A DNA stretch of 64,000 nt from an uncultured Spirochaetota bacterium (GTDB taxonomy: Bacteria > Spirochaetota > Brevinematia > Brevinematales > JAOACQ01): contig CAVYGN010000002.1 in NCBI GenBank assembly GCA_963768055.1, positions 384,001-448,000 on the forward strand. The letters run 5' to 3'. Numbering within the stretch: position 1 is the stretch's first letter; each line of letters begins with the position of its first letter. This document shows, piece after piece, positions 10,217-20,710 of this stretch. The position numbers were made by a program, and so were the translations under genes. The notes beneath the pieces were generated by a model, which saw nothing but the letters and a program-made list of their open reading frames with translations, was not told the DNA's origin and ran no database searches.

Positions 10217-11122
10217 CTAAAGTCGTGAACCGGTCAGCTTCAAAAACACATCTTCCAGGTTAGGACGTTTAAAATTAAGTTCAACATAGTCAATCGAATC
10301 ATTTTCCAGGAAGTTTACAACATTTGCAAGCAGTCTTCTCCCTTTTCCCTGGAGTATAAAGCGTCCGTTTTCATGATCGACCCGGTTGACGCCCTCAATA
10401 TTGTTTAACCGGGCAATATCGGCCCAGGGGGCTTCGAACATAATGACATGATCGATCCCGCTTTTGTTTAAAATATTCGGTACGGTATCCATTTCCACGA
10501 TCCTGCCGTTCTGGACAAAGCACAGCCTGTCGCAAAGGAATTCAGCCTCTTCCATGTAATGTGTGGTCATAAAGATCGTGCGCCCTTCTTTCCTGAGCTC
10601 TTTAATAAGATCCCACATGGACCGGCGTGCGTGCGGGTCCAGACCGGTCGTAAGCTCGTCAAGGAACAAAACACGCGGGTTCGGGATCATGGCGAGGGCG
10701 ATGGAGAGCTTTTGGCGCAGGCCCCCTGAAAGCTTTGAAACTTCGGTATGAATTTTTTCCGACAGGCCGAACCTCTCTAAAAGCCCCCTGTATGGCAGGG
10801 GATTTTTGTAAAAACATCCGAACATACCGCATATTTCATCGACACGAATGCGCTCAGGATAAGAGGTTTCCTGAAGCTGGACGCCGATCGATGAGAAAAG
10901 CCTTCTCCTTTCAGCCCGGGGCTCCATATCGAGCACCCTTACCCTGCCTGCAGCAGGCTTTTTCAGCCCGATGGTGCATTCGATCGTGGTAGTCTTTCCG
11001 GCTCCGTTAGGGCCAAGCATTCCGAAGATTTCACCCTCCCTGACTGTGAAACCGATCCCGTCGACTGCTTTTACTTTACCGAAATTCTTATATAAACCTG
11101 ATACTTCGATAGGATCATTCAT
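10217..11122 (-). CDS. ABC transporter ATP-binding protein (DrrA-like)
   Basis: GPNGAGKT, LSGGLRQ, LFLDELT; start set at ATG 11122, which overlaps the upstream stop (ATGA). Confidence 0.92.
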   Translation of the reverse strand: MNDPIEVSGLYKNFGKVKAVDGIGFTVREGEIFGMLGPNGAGKTTTIECTIGLKKPAAGRVRVLDMEPRAERRRLFSSIGVQLQETSYPERIRVDEICGMFGCFYKNPLPYRGLLERFGLSEKIHTEVSKLSGGLRQKLSIALAMIPNPRVLFLDELTTGLDPHARRSMWDLIKELRKEGRTIFMTTHYMEEAEFLCDRLCFVQNGRIVEMDTVPNILNKSGIDHVIMFEAPWADIARLNNIEGVNRVDHENGRFILQGKGRRLLANVVNFLENDSIDYVELNFKRPNLEDVFLKLTGSRL

Positions 11123-12255
11123 AAAAATAGCTCCGAAAGGGTCGAATGAATCCGGGGCATAAGTTCGCTTATCATTATTTTCTGAGGACATTTATCTTCA
11201 CATTCCCTGCATTGGGCGCATTGTGAGGCCTTTTCACTTTCCCCTATGAAATTCTTATATGCGAACCGCGCGCCTTCCATCGCATCATAAACGACTCCGT
11301 CATTGTAAATTTCAAAATTACGGGGTATATTCACGCCGGAGGGGCATGGCATACAGTAAGCGCATTTCGTGCATGGGATCGGCGTTCTCCCCATGAATTT
11401 ATTCCTTACATGATCTATAAGTTCGAGGTCTTCCGCAGTCATTGTATTCACACCGGAATTGTCTGCAGAATCTACATTCTGCTCCGTTTGTTTCATTGTA
11501 CTCATGCCGCTTAGCACCAGAGAAACTTCAGGCTGGTTCCATACCCATTGCAGGGCCCAGTCGGCGGGAGAACGGCGTTTTCTATATCCTTCATAGAGCC
11601 CTTTAACGGCTTCCGGAGGATTGGCCAGCCGCCCCCCCAGGATCGGTTCCATTACTATGACCGCCAATCCCTTTGAAGCCGCTAATTTCAGGCCCTTGAT
11701 CCCGGCCTGGTTTTCCGTGTCCATGTAATTATACTGGATCTGGCAGAATTCCCAGCCGTCGTAGCCTTCTATTATCTCTTTAAAGGAATCGAAATTGTCA
11801 TGAAAAGAAAAGCCGATATGCCCTATCCGGCCGTCTTTCAGGGCCGATTCCGCATTTTTAAGTATGCCGAGGCGGAGGACCTTTTCCCAGCTTGATTTGC
11901 CAAGGGCATGGAAAAGGTAGAAATCTATATATCCGGACCGGAGCTTTTTCATCTGTTCTTCGAGAAGCCTGTCAAAATCCCCGGGTTTATTTATCTCCCA
12001 TACCGGGGATTTAGTAGCCAGCTTTACCTTATTCCTGTATCCCTCATTCAAGGCCTTGCCCACAAGAATTTCGCTTTCTCCATTATGGTAGCCGTATGCA
12101 GTATCGATATAATTTACCCCTTTTTCGACGGCATAACGGATCATGCCGATGGCTTCTTTTTCATCGATTTTTCCATTATTCATAGGAAGGCGCATGCAGC
12201 CGAAACCAAGCGCCGAGGGTTTAAAATCTATTTTTCCAAAATTTCGGTATTTCAT
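11119..12255 (-). CDS. aldo/keto reductase with C-terminal 4Fe-4S domain
   Basis: LGFGCMRLP, YIDTAYGYH, IQYNY, CTKCAYCMPCP, CAQCRECEDKCPQ. Confidence 0.92.
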   Translation of the reverse strand: MKYRNFGKIDFKPSALGFGCMRLPMNNGKIDEKEAIGMIRYAVEKGVNYIDTAYGYHNGESEILVGKALNEGYRNKVKLATKSPVWEINKPGDFDRLLEEQMKKLRSGYIDFYLFHALGKSSWEKVLRLGILKNAESALKDGRIGHIGFSFHDNFDSFKEIIEGYDGWEFCQIQYNYMDTENQAGIKGLKLAASKGLAVIVMEPILGGRLANPPEAVKGLYEGYRKRRSPADWALQWVWNQPEVSLVLSGMSTMKQTEQNVDSADNSGVNTMTAEDLELIDHVRNKFMGRTPIPCTKCAYCMPCPSGVNIPRNFEIYNDGVVYDAMEGARFAYKNFIGESEKASQCAQCRECEDKCPQKIMISELMPRIHSTLSELFL

Positions 12256-12314
12256 ATGTCGCTCCTTTAAGCAGTCTCTATTTTAGCAGTAAAATAAAGT
12301 ATTTTCCAAATATA

Positions 12315-13859
12315 TCAAAAGGGAAAATCCTGGGGACCGGTTTTTTTTATTTCAGCAGGCTTGTTCTCGTTCTTTTTCGCCCTTTTATGTACGGGATTTC
12401 CCTCTACAAAAATGGCCTTGTAAGGCCTGGCCGGACATGCAAACTCGCATGCCCCGCAGCCGATGCAGATTTCCCTGTCGGTTTCAGGACCGGGAAGGTC
12501 TTTTTTATAAGGCACTAAAAATACTGCCTTTGTCGGGCAATATTCGGCGCAAATTCCGCATTTTTTATCCTGCGTATAAACAATGCAGTTTTCTTTTATT
12601 AAATTCGCAAAACCTATCTGTATAAGTTTCTTCTCATCAAGTGAGCGTTCTTTGAGCGCCCCTGTGGGGCACACATAAAGACATGCATTGCATTCGTAAT
12701 TACAGAAGCTTGTATCATAATCCATCACAGGCTGAAAAATTCCTGAAATTCCAAACTGAGCCAGCGCCGGTTTGATTACTTTGGCTGGGCAGGCCGAGAC
12801 GCATAGATGGCAGGCCGTACAGTTTCCGGCAAAATGTTCTATACTTAGTCCGCCGGGAGGAATAACAGGATATTTTCTTTTTAACGGGACAATAGAATTG
12901 AAAACTGCCGCCAGGGATCTATTGCCTAATAAAGATAAAAAAATTGCGGCAGTAAAACCTTTCATCAGCAGTGTTAAGAATTCCCTCTTCGTCCCATCCA
13001 TTTTCTTTTCTTTTTTCCAGGGGGTATATCTATACTGAAATTCGATCGCATGCTGCGGACATGCTTCCAGGCAGTCGTAACAGTTGATGCATCGGCTGTA
13101 ATCAAGGGCCATATTCCTGCTGTCTATACACTCGGCCTTGCATGACCTTTCACAGAGAGCGCATCCGCTGCAATCCTCTTTCTTAATACTCAGACGCAAA
13201 ATTGAAAATCGGGAGAATAAAGACAGCAAGGAGCCGGTCGGGCAGAATGTATTGCAATAAAACCTTCCCCTGAAAATTGACAGCAAGAGTAAGATAAGAA
13301 AAAAAGAGGCTGAAAGAATCACGATACTTCCTTCAATCCTGTTAAGGGTTATATTTGGAATTATATAAATATGATGACTGCTCAAAATAACAGACAGATT
13401 ATTAAAAAAATACGATGCTAACGGCCTGGCAAGGTTTGCCGCCGCCCGGCCGAAATTGCTGAAAGGTTCCAGCATATTAATTAAAACAAGATTCCCTGCA
13501 AAAAAAAGGATCGCTGAAGAGCCCAGAAGTCCGTATCTCAATAAATTTTGCGTCTTATGGAAACGGAAAACCCCTTTTTTAAAAATCTTCCTTCCTGTAA
13601 AAAGGAATAAATCCTGAACAGCGCCTAATGGGCAGAGCGTCGAGCAGTAGAACCTTCCGCAGACAAAAGTGAAGATTAAAATAAATCCGAAGCCCGCGGC
13701 TGCCGCCGTGCTGCCCCCGATCATTTTCAGAATGGCAGGGAAGAATTGCATTTCCGTCAGGAAATCGATTAACCAGACAATGCCGTTGAGAATACCTGAA
13801 AAAACGAGGAGGTATGCAGTGAAAAAGAAAAGAGATAATGCAAGCCTGGCTGTTTTCAA
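12315..13859 (-). CDS. membrane polyferredoxin (NapH/MauN-like fused to NapG/MauM-like 4Fe-4S domains)
   Basis: GRFYCSTLCPLG and GRFYCNTFCPTG motifs, TM helices, several CxxCxxCxxxCP clusters. Confidence 0.9.
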   Translation of the reverse strand: MKTARLALSLFFFTAYLLVFSGILNGIVWLIDFLTEMQFFPAILKMIGGSTAAAAGFGFILIFTFVCGRFYCSTLCPLGAVQDLFLFTGRKIFKKGVFRFHKTQNLLRYGLLGSSAILFFAGNLVLINMLEPFSNFGRAAANLARPLASYFFNNLSVILSSHHIYIIPNITLNRIEGSIVILSASFFLILLLLSIFRGRFYCNTFCPTGSLLSLFSRFSILRLSIKKEDCSGCALCERSCKAECIDSRNMALDYSRCINCYDCLEACPQHAIEFQYRYTPWKKEKKMDGTKREFLTLLMKGFTAAIFLSLLGNRSLAAVFNSIVPLKRKYPVIPPGGLSIEHFAGNCTACHLCVSACPAKVIKPALAQFGISGIFQPVMDYDTSFCNYECNACLYVCPTGALKERSLDEKKLIQIGFANLIKENCIVYTQDKKCGICAEYCPTKAVFLVPYKKDLPGPETDREICIGCGACEFACPARPYKAIFVEGNPVHKRAKKNENKPAEIKKTGPQDFPF

Positions 13860-13869
13860 TCGTTTGCCT

Positions 13870-14796
13870 TTAAAGAGAAATTTTCTTTATTTTGATTTGG
13901 CCGAGGTCGCTGTTCCCGAGAAGCTTTCTTTCTGACGCCCGGTTTAAATAACCTATATTTATGGGGTCCATCCCGAAAATTTTTGCTGCCGCAAAATCCG
14001 CCGCCAGCATATCTGTTGAAACAAGAAGGTTTTTTAAAACCTTGACATCCCCTCTTGACAGGCCGCGCGGTCCGTTCGAAGCAAGAACTGCATATGCATC
14101 GACTACGGTCAGATCCGGCTTTCGGACCAAAGGGCAATCCGCTATACAGGCATCAAGATCGGTCCTGTGCCAGAAACCCCTGTCCCAAACGACACCCATA
14201 TAATTTTTAAGGCCTATTGTAAGTCCAGCCATGCTATGGCTTTTTAATATGGGGACATTGATAAAGACGTTGGCATCCAGAAACGTTTCATGAAAATCGC
14301 CGCTTTTTAAAAATGACGCCCCAGGGATCCTTGTATTATGATAATAACCGGGATTGTCAGCCGGCACCATCTCGCCCCCGGCATTTTTAACAGCTTCCTC
14401 TATGCCGCTTAGTTTATAGCTGGCCGATACGGAATCGCAGGAGTGGTCAAAAACATAGACCTTTTTTGCCCCTGCATCGAGGCAGTGTTTAATGATTTGA
14501 GTCACCAGCCCGGGATTGGTCGTTGCGGCTCGATCCGGAGAAACCGCCCAGCCTATATTCGGCTTGACCAGGACAGTCTGCCCTGATTTTACAAAATTCT
14601 TCATCGAGCCCATTTCTTTCATCGCCGCATCGAACATGACCTCAGGTTCGCCGCCTTTGACGGCTACCATATCATAAACACCATTACCAGCATCGGTATC
14701 GATGCCGAAGACCGGATTGAAATCTTTTAATAGAAAAACAGCTCCGGCTGCCAGTCCGAACTTTGCGCTATTTTTAAGAAATTCCCTCCTATCCAT
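13870..14796 (-). CDS. DUF362 domain protein with Tat-like signal
   Basis: MDRREFLK twin-arginine leader; VLVKPNIGW, TTNP, INVPILKSH, LKNYMG; start at ATG 14796 after GAGGAG. Confidence 0.88.
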   Translation of the reverse strand: MDRREFLKNSAKFGLAAGAVFLLKDFNPVFGIDTDAGNGVYDMVAVKGGEPEVMFDAAMKEMGSMKNFVKSGQTVLVKPNIGWAVSPDRAATTNPGLVTQIIKHCLDAGAKKVYVFDHSCDSVSASYKLSGIEEAVKNAGGEMVPADNPGYYHNTRIPGASFLKSGDFHETFLDANVFINVPILKSHSMAGLTIGLKNYMGVVWDRGFWHRTDLDACIADCPLVRKPDLTVVDAYAVLASNGPRGLSRGDVKVLKNLLVSTDMLAADFAAAKIFGMDPINIGYLNRASERKLLGNSDLGQIKIKKISL

Positions 14797-14813
14797 TCCC
14801 TTGCTCCTCAATT

Positions 14814-16172
14814 TTACTTCCCGATGATATTTGTCAATTCATGGTAAAATTGTTCCCGGATTTTTTTCTGATCCGTAAAATTTTTATTAAAAAGGTCTTC
14901 ATACTTTTTCCCGTTGATTTTGTCGTTCAAGCGATAATAAGACCATGACAGTATTACCGTTGCGAAAGGAAAAGCCGAAAGATCGACATTCTTTTCCAGC
15001 AGCGACGCCGCTTCCCCATACCTGGCGGTGTAATAAAGGGCGCGGGACCATTCGAAAGCAATGTAATTTCTGGAAAAGGACGCCCAATCCGGTATGTTTT
15101 CGAATGCCTTCCGGTATAATAAAACGGAAGCTTCCATTAATTTATTTATTTTAAATTTCATCGCCTGCATCTCCAGCTGGTAAGCCATGTTGTAATAATC
15201 ATTATAAATCATTCTCGATGAAAGCATTTTATTGCTTACCGCCTCAGAAGCGATATTTAATATATTATCATAATTATAGCTGTTAAAATTCTCAAAAATC
15301 CTTAAAATATAAATTTCGTCATGATACATATCCTGCAAATCTCCGGGTATATCTTTCAGGATTCTTTCGGCATCCGCGCTGTTTTGAAACCCTCCGTAAC
15401 CGACGGTACAGGCAAAAAACAATCTATGCACCGGATCCATCATGTTTACAAGCGGCCAGTTGGTTACTTGATAAAGTTCGCCGTAATACGGCTCGCCGTT
15501 AGGGCCGCCCGGGCCTTTAACCGGGGGTAAATTAGCGCCGAGGAACACTTGTCCCAGGTACCTGTAATCATTTATAAGAAGAGGTGTTTTGTTTGAAATT
15601 ACCAGCAAATAATAATAATTTAATGAATTCGAGGTATTCTTGTCCTGGATTAAATTAGCCCTGAGATTATAAAATAGGACTGAAGGATTGCCCGGAAGAA
15701 TATTTTTTGCCTCCAGCAGATCTTTAACAGAATGTTCTTTACTGTTAAAAAAACGGAACAGCAAGGCGTCGGCGCTTTCTTTTTTATTCAGGGATTTATC
15801 AAGAGATTCATTAAAGGGGCTTTTTTTAAGATTTTGAATCACCGCCTGGATGTAATAATACAAAAAGCTGTCGTCGCCGATCGATAATTTACAATCGGCC
15901 GGTAAATTATCCGCATGTCCGATAGAACCCTTCCTCTGGGCCAATAATTGTTCGATAACTTCCTGATACCCGTTTTCAGGGTCAATTTGATCGATATAAT
16001 AAAGAGGGATCAGGTATTCAGGCTTTTCTGAACAAACAGCTTCACCGTACTTTTTTGCGCCTTCATAGTCCGACTTTTCCCAGTTTTTCCAGAATTGTTC
16101 GACATTGGAGTCCAATGTAAAAGCGGTTGCTTTAATCAGGCAGAGAATAATAATAAATCCAAAAATTTTCAT
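14814..16172 (-). CDS. exported helical-repeat (TPR-like) protein
   Basis: Signal peptide; Tyr/Ala-rich helical pattern (ALYYTARYGEAASLLEK). Confidence 0.6.
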   Translation of the reverse strand: MKIFGFIIILCLIKATAFTLDSNVEQFWKNWEKSDYEGAKKYGEAVCSEKPEYLIPLYYIDQIDPENGYQEVIEQLLAQRKGSIGHADNLPADCKLSIGDDSFLYYYIQAVIQNLKKSPFNESLDKSLNKKESADALLFRFFNSKEHSVKDLLEAKNILPGNPSVLFYNLRANLIQDKNTSNSLNYYYLLVISNKTPLLINDYRYLGQVFLGANLPPVKGPGGPNGEPYYGELYQVTNWPLVNMMDPVHRLFFACTVGYGGFQNSADAERILKDIPGDLQDMYHDEIYILRIFENFNSYNYDNILNIASEAVSNKMLSSRMIYNDYYNMAYQLEMQAMKFKINKLMEASVLLYRKAFENIPDWASFSRNYIAFEWSRALYYTARYGEAASLLEKNVDLSAFPFATVILSWSYYRLNDKINGKKYEDLFNKNFTDQKKIREQFYHELTNIIGK

Positions 16173-16186
16173 TATTAAACCCCTTT

Positions 16187-17977
16187 TTATTTCAGGTTCT
16201 CTTCCGCATACAACTGGAGTTCGATCAGCCTCTCGATAAGCTGCTCCCTGCCTGCTTCGGGAAAATTGGCTATTACCAATTCTTTAAAGAACAGCCTTGT
16301 GATATAACGAAGCTTGCGTATTTGATTCCTTGAAGCATAGATGAAATCGGCATGCCCGTTGTTTATAATTACGATATAATGATCAGCGTCGTACCGGCTC
16401 CGCCAGAGTTCCCCCGCAGCCCTTTGAAAGGTGTATCCGGGAAGCCCTTTCCGGTCCCCGGACTCGATCTTGCCCGTATCCTGGCGAAATAATTCTTTCG
16501 TGACGGTAATATAACATTCGGCTTTCATACTGATTTCCCCGGTGTTTATTAAAGCCTCTATCATTGCGATACCCGGTTCCATAGAGCTTTTGTATTCGGC
16601 ATAAAGGCCGGTACTTTCGCTTAAACTGCCGCCCCCATCGGCTATCCTCCAGGAAATATCGAATCCGGAGTCGAGGACTTTGCCGTTTTTATCACTCGGG
16701 ACCGCTTTTAAACGCTTCTTTTCCCCGGCATTAATTACAGCGGAACCCGGGGATATAATGAATAAATAAAGCGGACCCGGAATGTCGAAAATCTTTCCCT
16801 GAAAATTTTCTTGAGAATTATCAAGTTCGGCATAATACCCTTCCATGAATGAAGACTCGGACGGAATTTCTGTTTCATATACTTCTACTTCTTTTTTAAC
16901 GACTTCGGATTTTTTATAACTTTTTACGTTGAGCCATTCGTATTCATTTTCAGGAAGTAAGAAAAGAGCTTCCCTAATGGCTTTCGTGATCTTTTGAAGG
17001 ATCGTCCTTGACGCTTTATCTTCCTCCGCGTTTTTCTGTGCTTCGATCCTTTCATTGAGCGCCCGGGTTAAAGGTTCCATCGAGCAGAAAAAGCTTTCGT
17101 AAGCTTCGTCGTAAATGATGCCGTCCCTGGTACCGGGAGTCAATTGGAGAAATGACGCATCGACTATTCCTTCAAGGTATCCGGAAGTCCAGGGAAAAAC
17201 CGAGAACTCTTCGATCTGTGTTATCGAAGGCAATACCCTAGTTCCTGTTTTATATAATCCTACTTTATTATCCGGGGAAGGGTCAGTAAGATAAATTTCG
17301 TAATATACTTCACCAAGGGGGTTTTTAACCTCAGGCAGATTGTGAAGAAGAATGCCCTTGAATTTTCTAGGTTCGACCAGGTATTCCCTGCGTGATGTAT
17401 GATCGGTTATTTTTATTTCTGCGCCGCTTCTTGTTATGCGGTCCCTTAGTTCGGAAGCCAGGTAATTTTGTATCTTCTCGCAGGAAAGCTGCTTGATACC
17501 CGGCAAAATAGGCTTAATAAGAAGTTCCGTGCCTGTTCTTTCGAAAAGCATCCCTATTTCGTTTATCGAATAAGCCGGATTGTTTTTTACAAGTTTCATC
17601 TGGCGGCAGACGCCCTCCCCGCCGGTGGAATTAATTGTCAGTGCGCTTCCTACTGTCCAAAAACTCAATAGACCTATGCCGAACTCGCCCTGGATCCCTT
17701 TAATCCCGTCTTTTTTCAGCTTTCGCTTTATGGAGTCTCCGATATGCGTAGCTACGTATTTAAAATCGTCGATGCCATGGCCGTTGTCGATCACCTTTAA
17801 AAAAGGTTCCCCGTGAAGGCGTCCTTTGATAATATTTACATTTTTAGCACCCGCGTCGATGCTGTTCTCTACGAATTCGGCTATCGCTTTTAACGGGTTT
17901 GTCTGGGACAGAGCTATTATCGTGATCGCGTTCCAATCGTCCCCTATCCTAAGCTTCCCGGCGTTAATCTGTCCCAT
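16187..17977 (-). CDS. GHKL (HATPase_c, MORC/Hsp90-like) ATPase with Ig-like segment
   Basis: N box AIAEFVENSIDAGA, G1 IDNGHG, G2 GEFGIGLLS, GT motif. Confidence 0.85.
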   Translation of the reverse strand: MGQINAGKLRIGDDWNAITIIALSQTNPLKAIAEFVENSIDAGAKNVNIIKGRLHGEPFLKVIDNGHGIDDFKYVATHIGDSIKRKLKKDGIKGIQGEFGIGLLSFWTVGSALTINSTGGEGVCRQMKLVKNNPAYSINEIGMLFERTGTELLIKPILPGIKQLSCEKIQNYLASELRDRITRSGAEIKITDHTSRREYLVEPRKFKGILLHNLPEVKNPLGEVYYEIYLTDPSPDNKVGLYKTGTRVLPSITQIEEFSVFPWTSGYLEGIVDASFLQLTPGTRDGIIYDEAYESFFCSMEPLTRALNERIEAQKNAEEDKASRTILQKITKAIREALFLLPENEYEWLNVKSYKKSEVVKKEVEVYETEIPSESSFMEGYYAELDNSQENFQGKIFDIPGPLYLFIISPGSAVINAGEKKRLKAVPSDKNGKVLDSGFDISWRIADGGGSLSESTGLYAEYKSSMEPGIAMIEALINTGEISMKAECYITVTKELFRQDTGKIESGDRKGLPGYTFQRAAGELWRSRYDADHYIVIINNGHADFIYASRNQIRKLRYITRLFFKELVIANFPEAGREQLIERLIELQLYAEENLK

Positions 17978-18151
17978 TCAACCTCTTGAATATCAATTGT
18001 TTGATAAATATGTTAGCTTTAAACAGTTAAATAATCAAGCTTAAAATCACCTTATGCGCTTTTCAATTTTCAATCTGCCCGAAGCACTTCTGAATAATTA
18101 TTTGAATTCCCTTTGATCATTGGTTATATTATATAAAAAAAGGAGGCGTTT

Positions 18152-18367
18152 ATGGCCGATGAAATTGAAAAGAAAGATGAATGTCACCATCATCATGGCG
18201 GCGACAAGGGATTCTGGGGCGGGGCTTATTTTTTGACCATTATCGGCGCGGCAGTTTATTTTATAGAACATGCAGCCGGGTTCTGGTCAGGCGTGTTCGG
18301 TGTGCTGAAAGCACTAATATGGCCTGCGCTGGTTATCTATAAGGTCCTCGAATCGCTGAAAATGTAA
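18152..18367 (+). CDS. small membrane protein
   Basis: Strong AGGAGG RBS; two hydrophobic helices; N-terminal CHHHH. Confidence 0.75.
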   Translation: MADEIEKKDECHHHHGGDKGFWGGAYFLTIIGAAVYFIEHAAGFWSGVFGVLKALIWPALVIYKVLESLKM

Positions 18368-18377
18368 CCGCAGGCCC

Positions 18378-19124
18378 TTGTTGAATTCATGTCGCATCCG
18401 TTATTACGGCGACCTTAAAGAATTGCTGTCCAGGGAAAAAAGAGAGAGGGGAGAGGTATTGTTCACCGGCTCACCCGGGATAAAGGATATTGTCGAAGCG
18501 GATGGAATTCCTCATACCGAAGTGGGCCTTATCATAGCAAACGGCGAGTCTGCCGGCTGGGCATACAGATTGAAGGATCGCGATTACTGTTCAGTTTACC
18601 CTTACTTTAGCAATATAGAGGTAGAGGGCGTGAGCCGGGTGCTCGAACCTGAATATCCAAGGGGAAGATTCGTAATTGACGTACACCTCGGAAAGCTCTG
18701 CAAATATTTAAGAATGCTGGGCTTAGATGCAGCCTTCAACCCCGAATGGAGCGATTCGGAACTGATTGACATATCGAATGACGAATTCAGGTTTATTCTC
18801 ACCCGGGATAGGGGAATTTTAAAAAACGGAGCTACCCGCTACGGCTGCCTTATCAGATCGATCTATCCCCATAATCAGATCCGCCAGGTGCTTGACCGTT
18901 TCGATCTTTATAACAGGCTTTATCCGCTGGTCAGGTGTCTTAAGTGCAACGGAGATATAATTAGCGTCCCGACCCTTTCAGTGATTGACGGCATCCCTGA
19001 GAATACAAAAAAATATTATCAGGATTTCTACAGGTGTTCTTCATGCGGCACCGTATACTGGCGCGGCTCCCACTATGAAAACATGAAAAAAATGATCGAA
19101 CACTTTTTTGCCCTGAATTTATAA
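18378..19124 (+). CDS. Mut7-C ubiquitin-like + PIN RNase + Zn-ribbon protein
   Basis: GIPHTEVG, FVIDVHLGKLCKYLRMLG, ILTRDRG, RCLKCNG, CSSCGTVYWRGSH. Confidence 0.92.
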   Translation: MLNSCRIRYYGDLKELLSREKRERGEVLFTGSPGIKDIVEADGIPHTEVGLIIANGESAGWAYRLKDRDYCSVYPYFSNIEVEGVSRVLEPEYPRGRFVIDVHLGKLCKYLRMLGLDAAFNPEWSDSELIDISNDEFRFILTRDRGILKNGATRYGCLIRSIYPHNQIRQVLDRFDLYNRLYPLVRCLKCNGDIISVPTLSVIDGIPENTKKYYQDFYRCSSCGTVYWRGSHYENMKKMIEHFFALNL

Positions 19125-19167
19125 CAATGCTATAATAATTGCTTAAAAATTCAGGAGGAAAACAGGA

Positions 19168-19779
19168 ATGCCGAAAGTGGTTCTTTTTGATCTCGGTAAT
19201 GTGGTTATAACTTATTCTCTTCAGAAGACACTGGAAAGATGGACAAAGGTGAGCGGTATACCCGCGAAGGTAATACTTTCAAGGTTCGACTTCAACGATG
19301 AGACTTTCCATAGGTTTGAAAGGGGAGAAATATCCCAGGAAAGATTTAAAAAGTATATCTCGGAAAAGGTCGGTTATAAATTTACAGATCTTGAATTCGA
19401 ACAGTGTTTTAACGCCATGTTCATCGAAGTAATGCCGGGAATAGAGAAAGTGATGCACTCGCTTAAACCCTGTTATAGGATCGCCGTTCTTTCAAACACA
19501 AACGAGATCCATGAAAAATTCTTTATGGAAAAATATAACAAGGCCCTTTCCTGTTTCGACAAACTCTTCTTCTCGCATAAGATACGAACAAGAAAACCTG
19601 AAAGGGCTGCTTTCGATACCGTGATCGACTATTTCAAAGTAACCCCTTCCGAAATTCTTTTTTTTGACGATAACCCGGAAAATGTTAGAAAGGCTTCCAG
19701 CTTCGGTATAAAAAGCACACTGGTAAATTCAATCGAAGATATAAAAAACGGACTTGAGAACGCCGGCATATCGGTATGA
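19168..19779 (+). CDS. HAD-family phosphatase
   Basis: LFDLGNV, LSNT, RKPE, FFDDNPEN. Confidence 0.92.
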   Translation: MPKVVLFDLGNVVITYSLQKTLERWTKVSGIPAKVILSRFDFNDETFHRFERGEISQERFKKYISEKVGYKFTDLEFEQCFNAMFIEVMPGIEKVMHSLKPCYRIAVLSNTNEIHEKFFMEKYNKALSCFDKLFFSHKIRTRKPERAAFDTVIDYFKVTPSEILFFDDNPENVRKASSFGIKSTLVNSIEDIKNGLENAGISV

Positions 19780-20705
19780 GATTCCTTTACGCCGCGGCCG
19801 TAATTTTATTTTTTCATGAGCTTATATTTCCGGTCCGGCTTACCAATACAGTCATTCCACCCATGAAACCGGTCTTATCTTATAAGATCGTCAGTTTTTA
19901 TCTGAAAAACGATCCATCCATTATTATAACCAGGAAAATAAAGACCCACTCAGGAGTCTTCTATTACTATATAAACATGGACACCCTGCGTTTCGGACTT
20001 ACCGACGAATGGAAGATGGAAGATTTCACGAACATTGACGATGGGAAAGACCGTAAATTTACCGGTCTCAAAAAGTTGCAGGCGTCACTGAGACAACCCT
20101 TCGGCACCGACCTGGAAAGATTTCCACCGGATAATTTCACAAATATAGTGCTGACTTCCGACCTCTGCCCCACTTCAAAACAGTTTGCCAGGAAATTTTA
20201 TAAAAGTCTTATAAAATTCGGCAACCGTACGGGAAAGACTGTGCCTGTAGTGATCTTTTTTTCGGGCAGGTGGATAGAAAAGCACCCCCTCAATTTAGAG
20301 GAAATAAAAAAATACCCAATAGATTTTATCGCAGGGAACCATACTTATAGCCATCCTGTAATCAGCGGCGGTTTTCTTCAAGAAATTTTGACCTCCGAAG
20401 CGACAAACACCGAACGGATAATGCTGGAAAACGGGATATTGCCGTCCTATCTTTTCCGCTTCCCAGGGCTTCGGCATACTCCGTCGGATATCGCTTGCCT
20501 TAATTCAATAAACATCATCGCACTCGATGCAAATGTCTGGATGGGGGAACATGTCAGCAATTGGAACGTACTCCTTGTTCATTCGAATGGAAACGCCCTT
20601 ACAGAAGTGGATCTATTCACAAATTTCATTGAGCTCCCGGGAAACATTATTTTTTCTGACATTTTTAGCTACATGAATCGCCATTTAATTTCGAATAATA
20701 AATAA
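19776..20705 (+). CDS. exported polysaccharide deacetylase-like protein
   Basis: LTSDLCP, FFSGRWI, NHTYSHP, FRFPGL, LVHSNGN. Confidence 0.8.
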   Translation: MRFLYAAAVILFFHELIFPVRLTNTVIPPMKPVLSYKIVSFYLKNDPSIIITRKIKTHSGVFYYYINMDTLRFGLTDEWKMEDFTNIDDGKDRKFTGLKKLQASLRQPFGTDLERFPPDNFTNIVLTSDLCPTSKQFARKFYKSLIKFGNRTGKTVPVVIFFSGRWIEKHPLNLEEIKKYPIDFIAGNHTYSHPVISGGFLQEILTSEATNTERIMLENGILPSYLFRFPGLRHTPSDIACLNSINIIALDANVWMGEHVSNWNVLLVHSNGNALTEVDLFTNFIELPGNIIFSDIFSYMNRHLISNNK

Positions 20706-20710
20706 TATAA

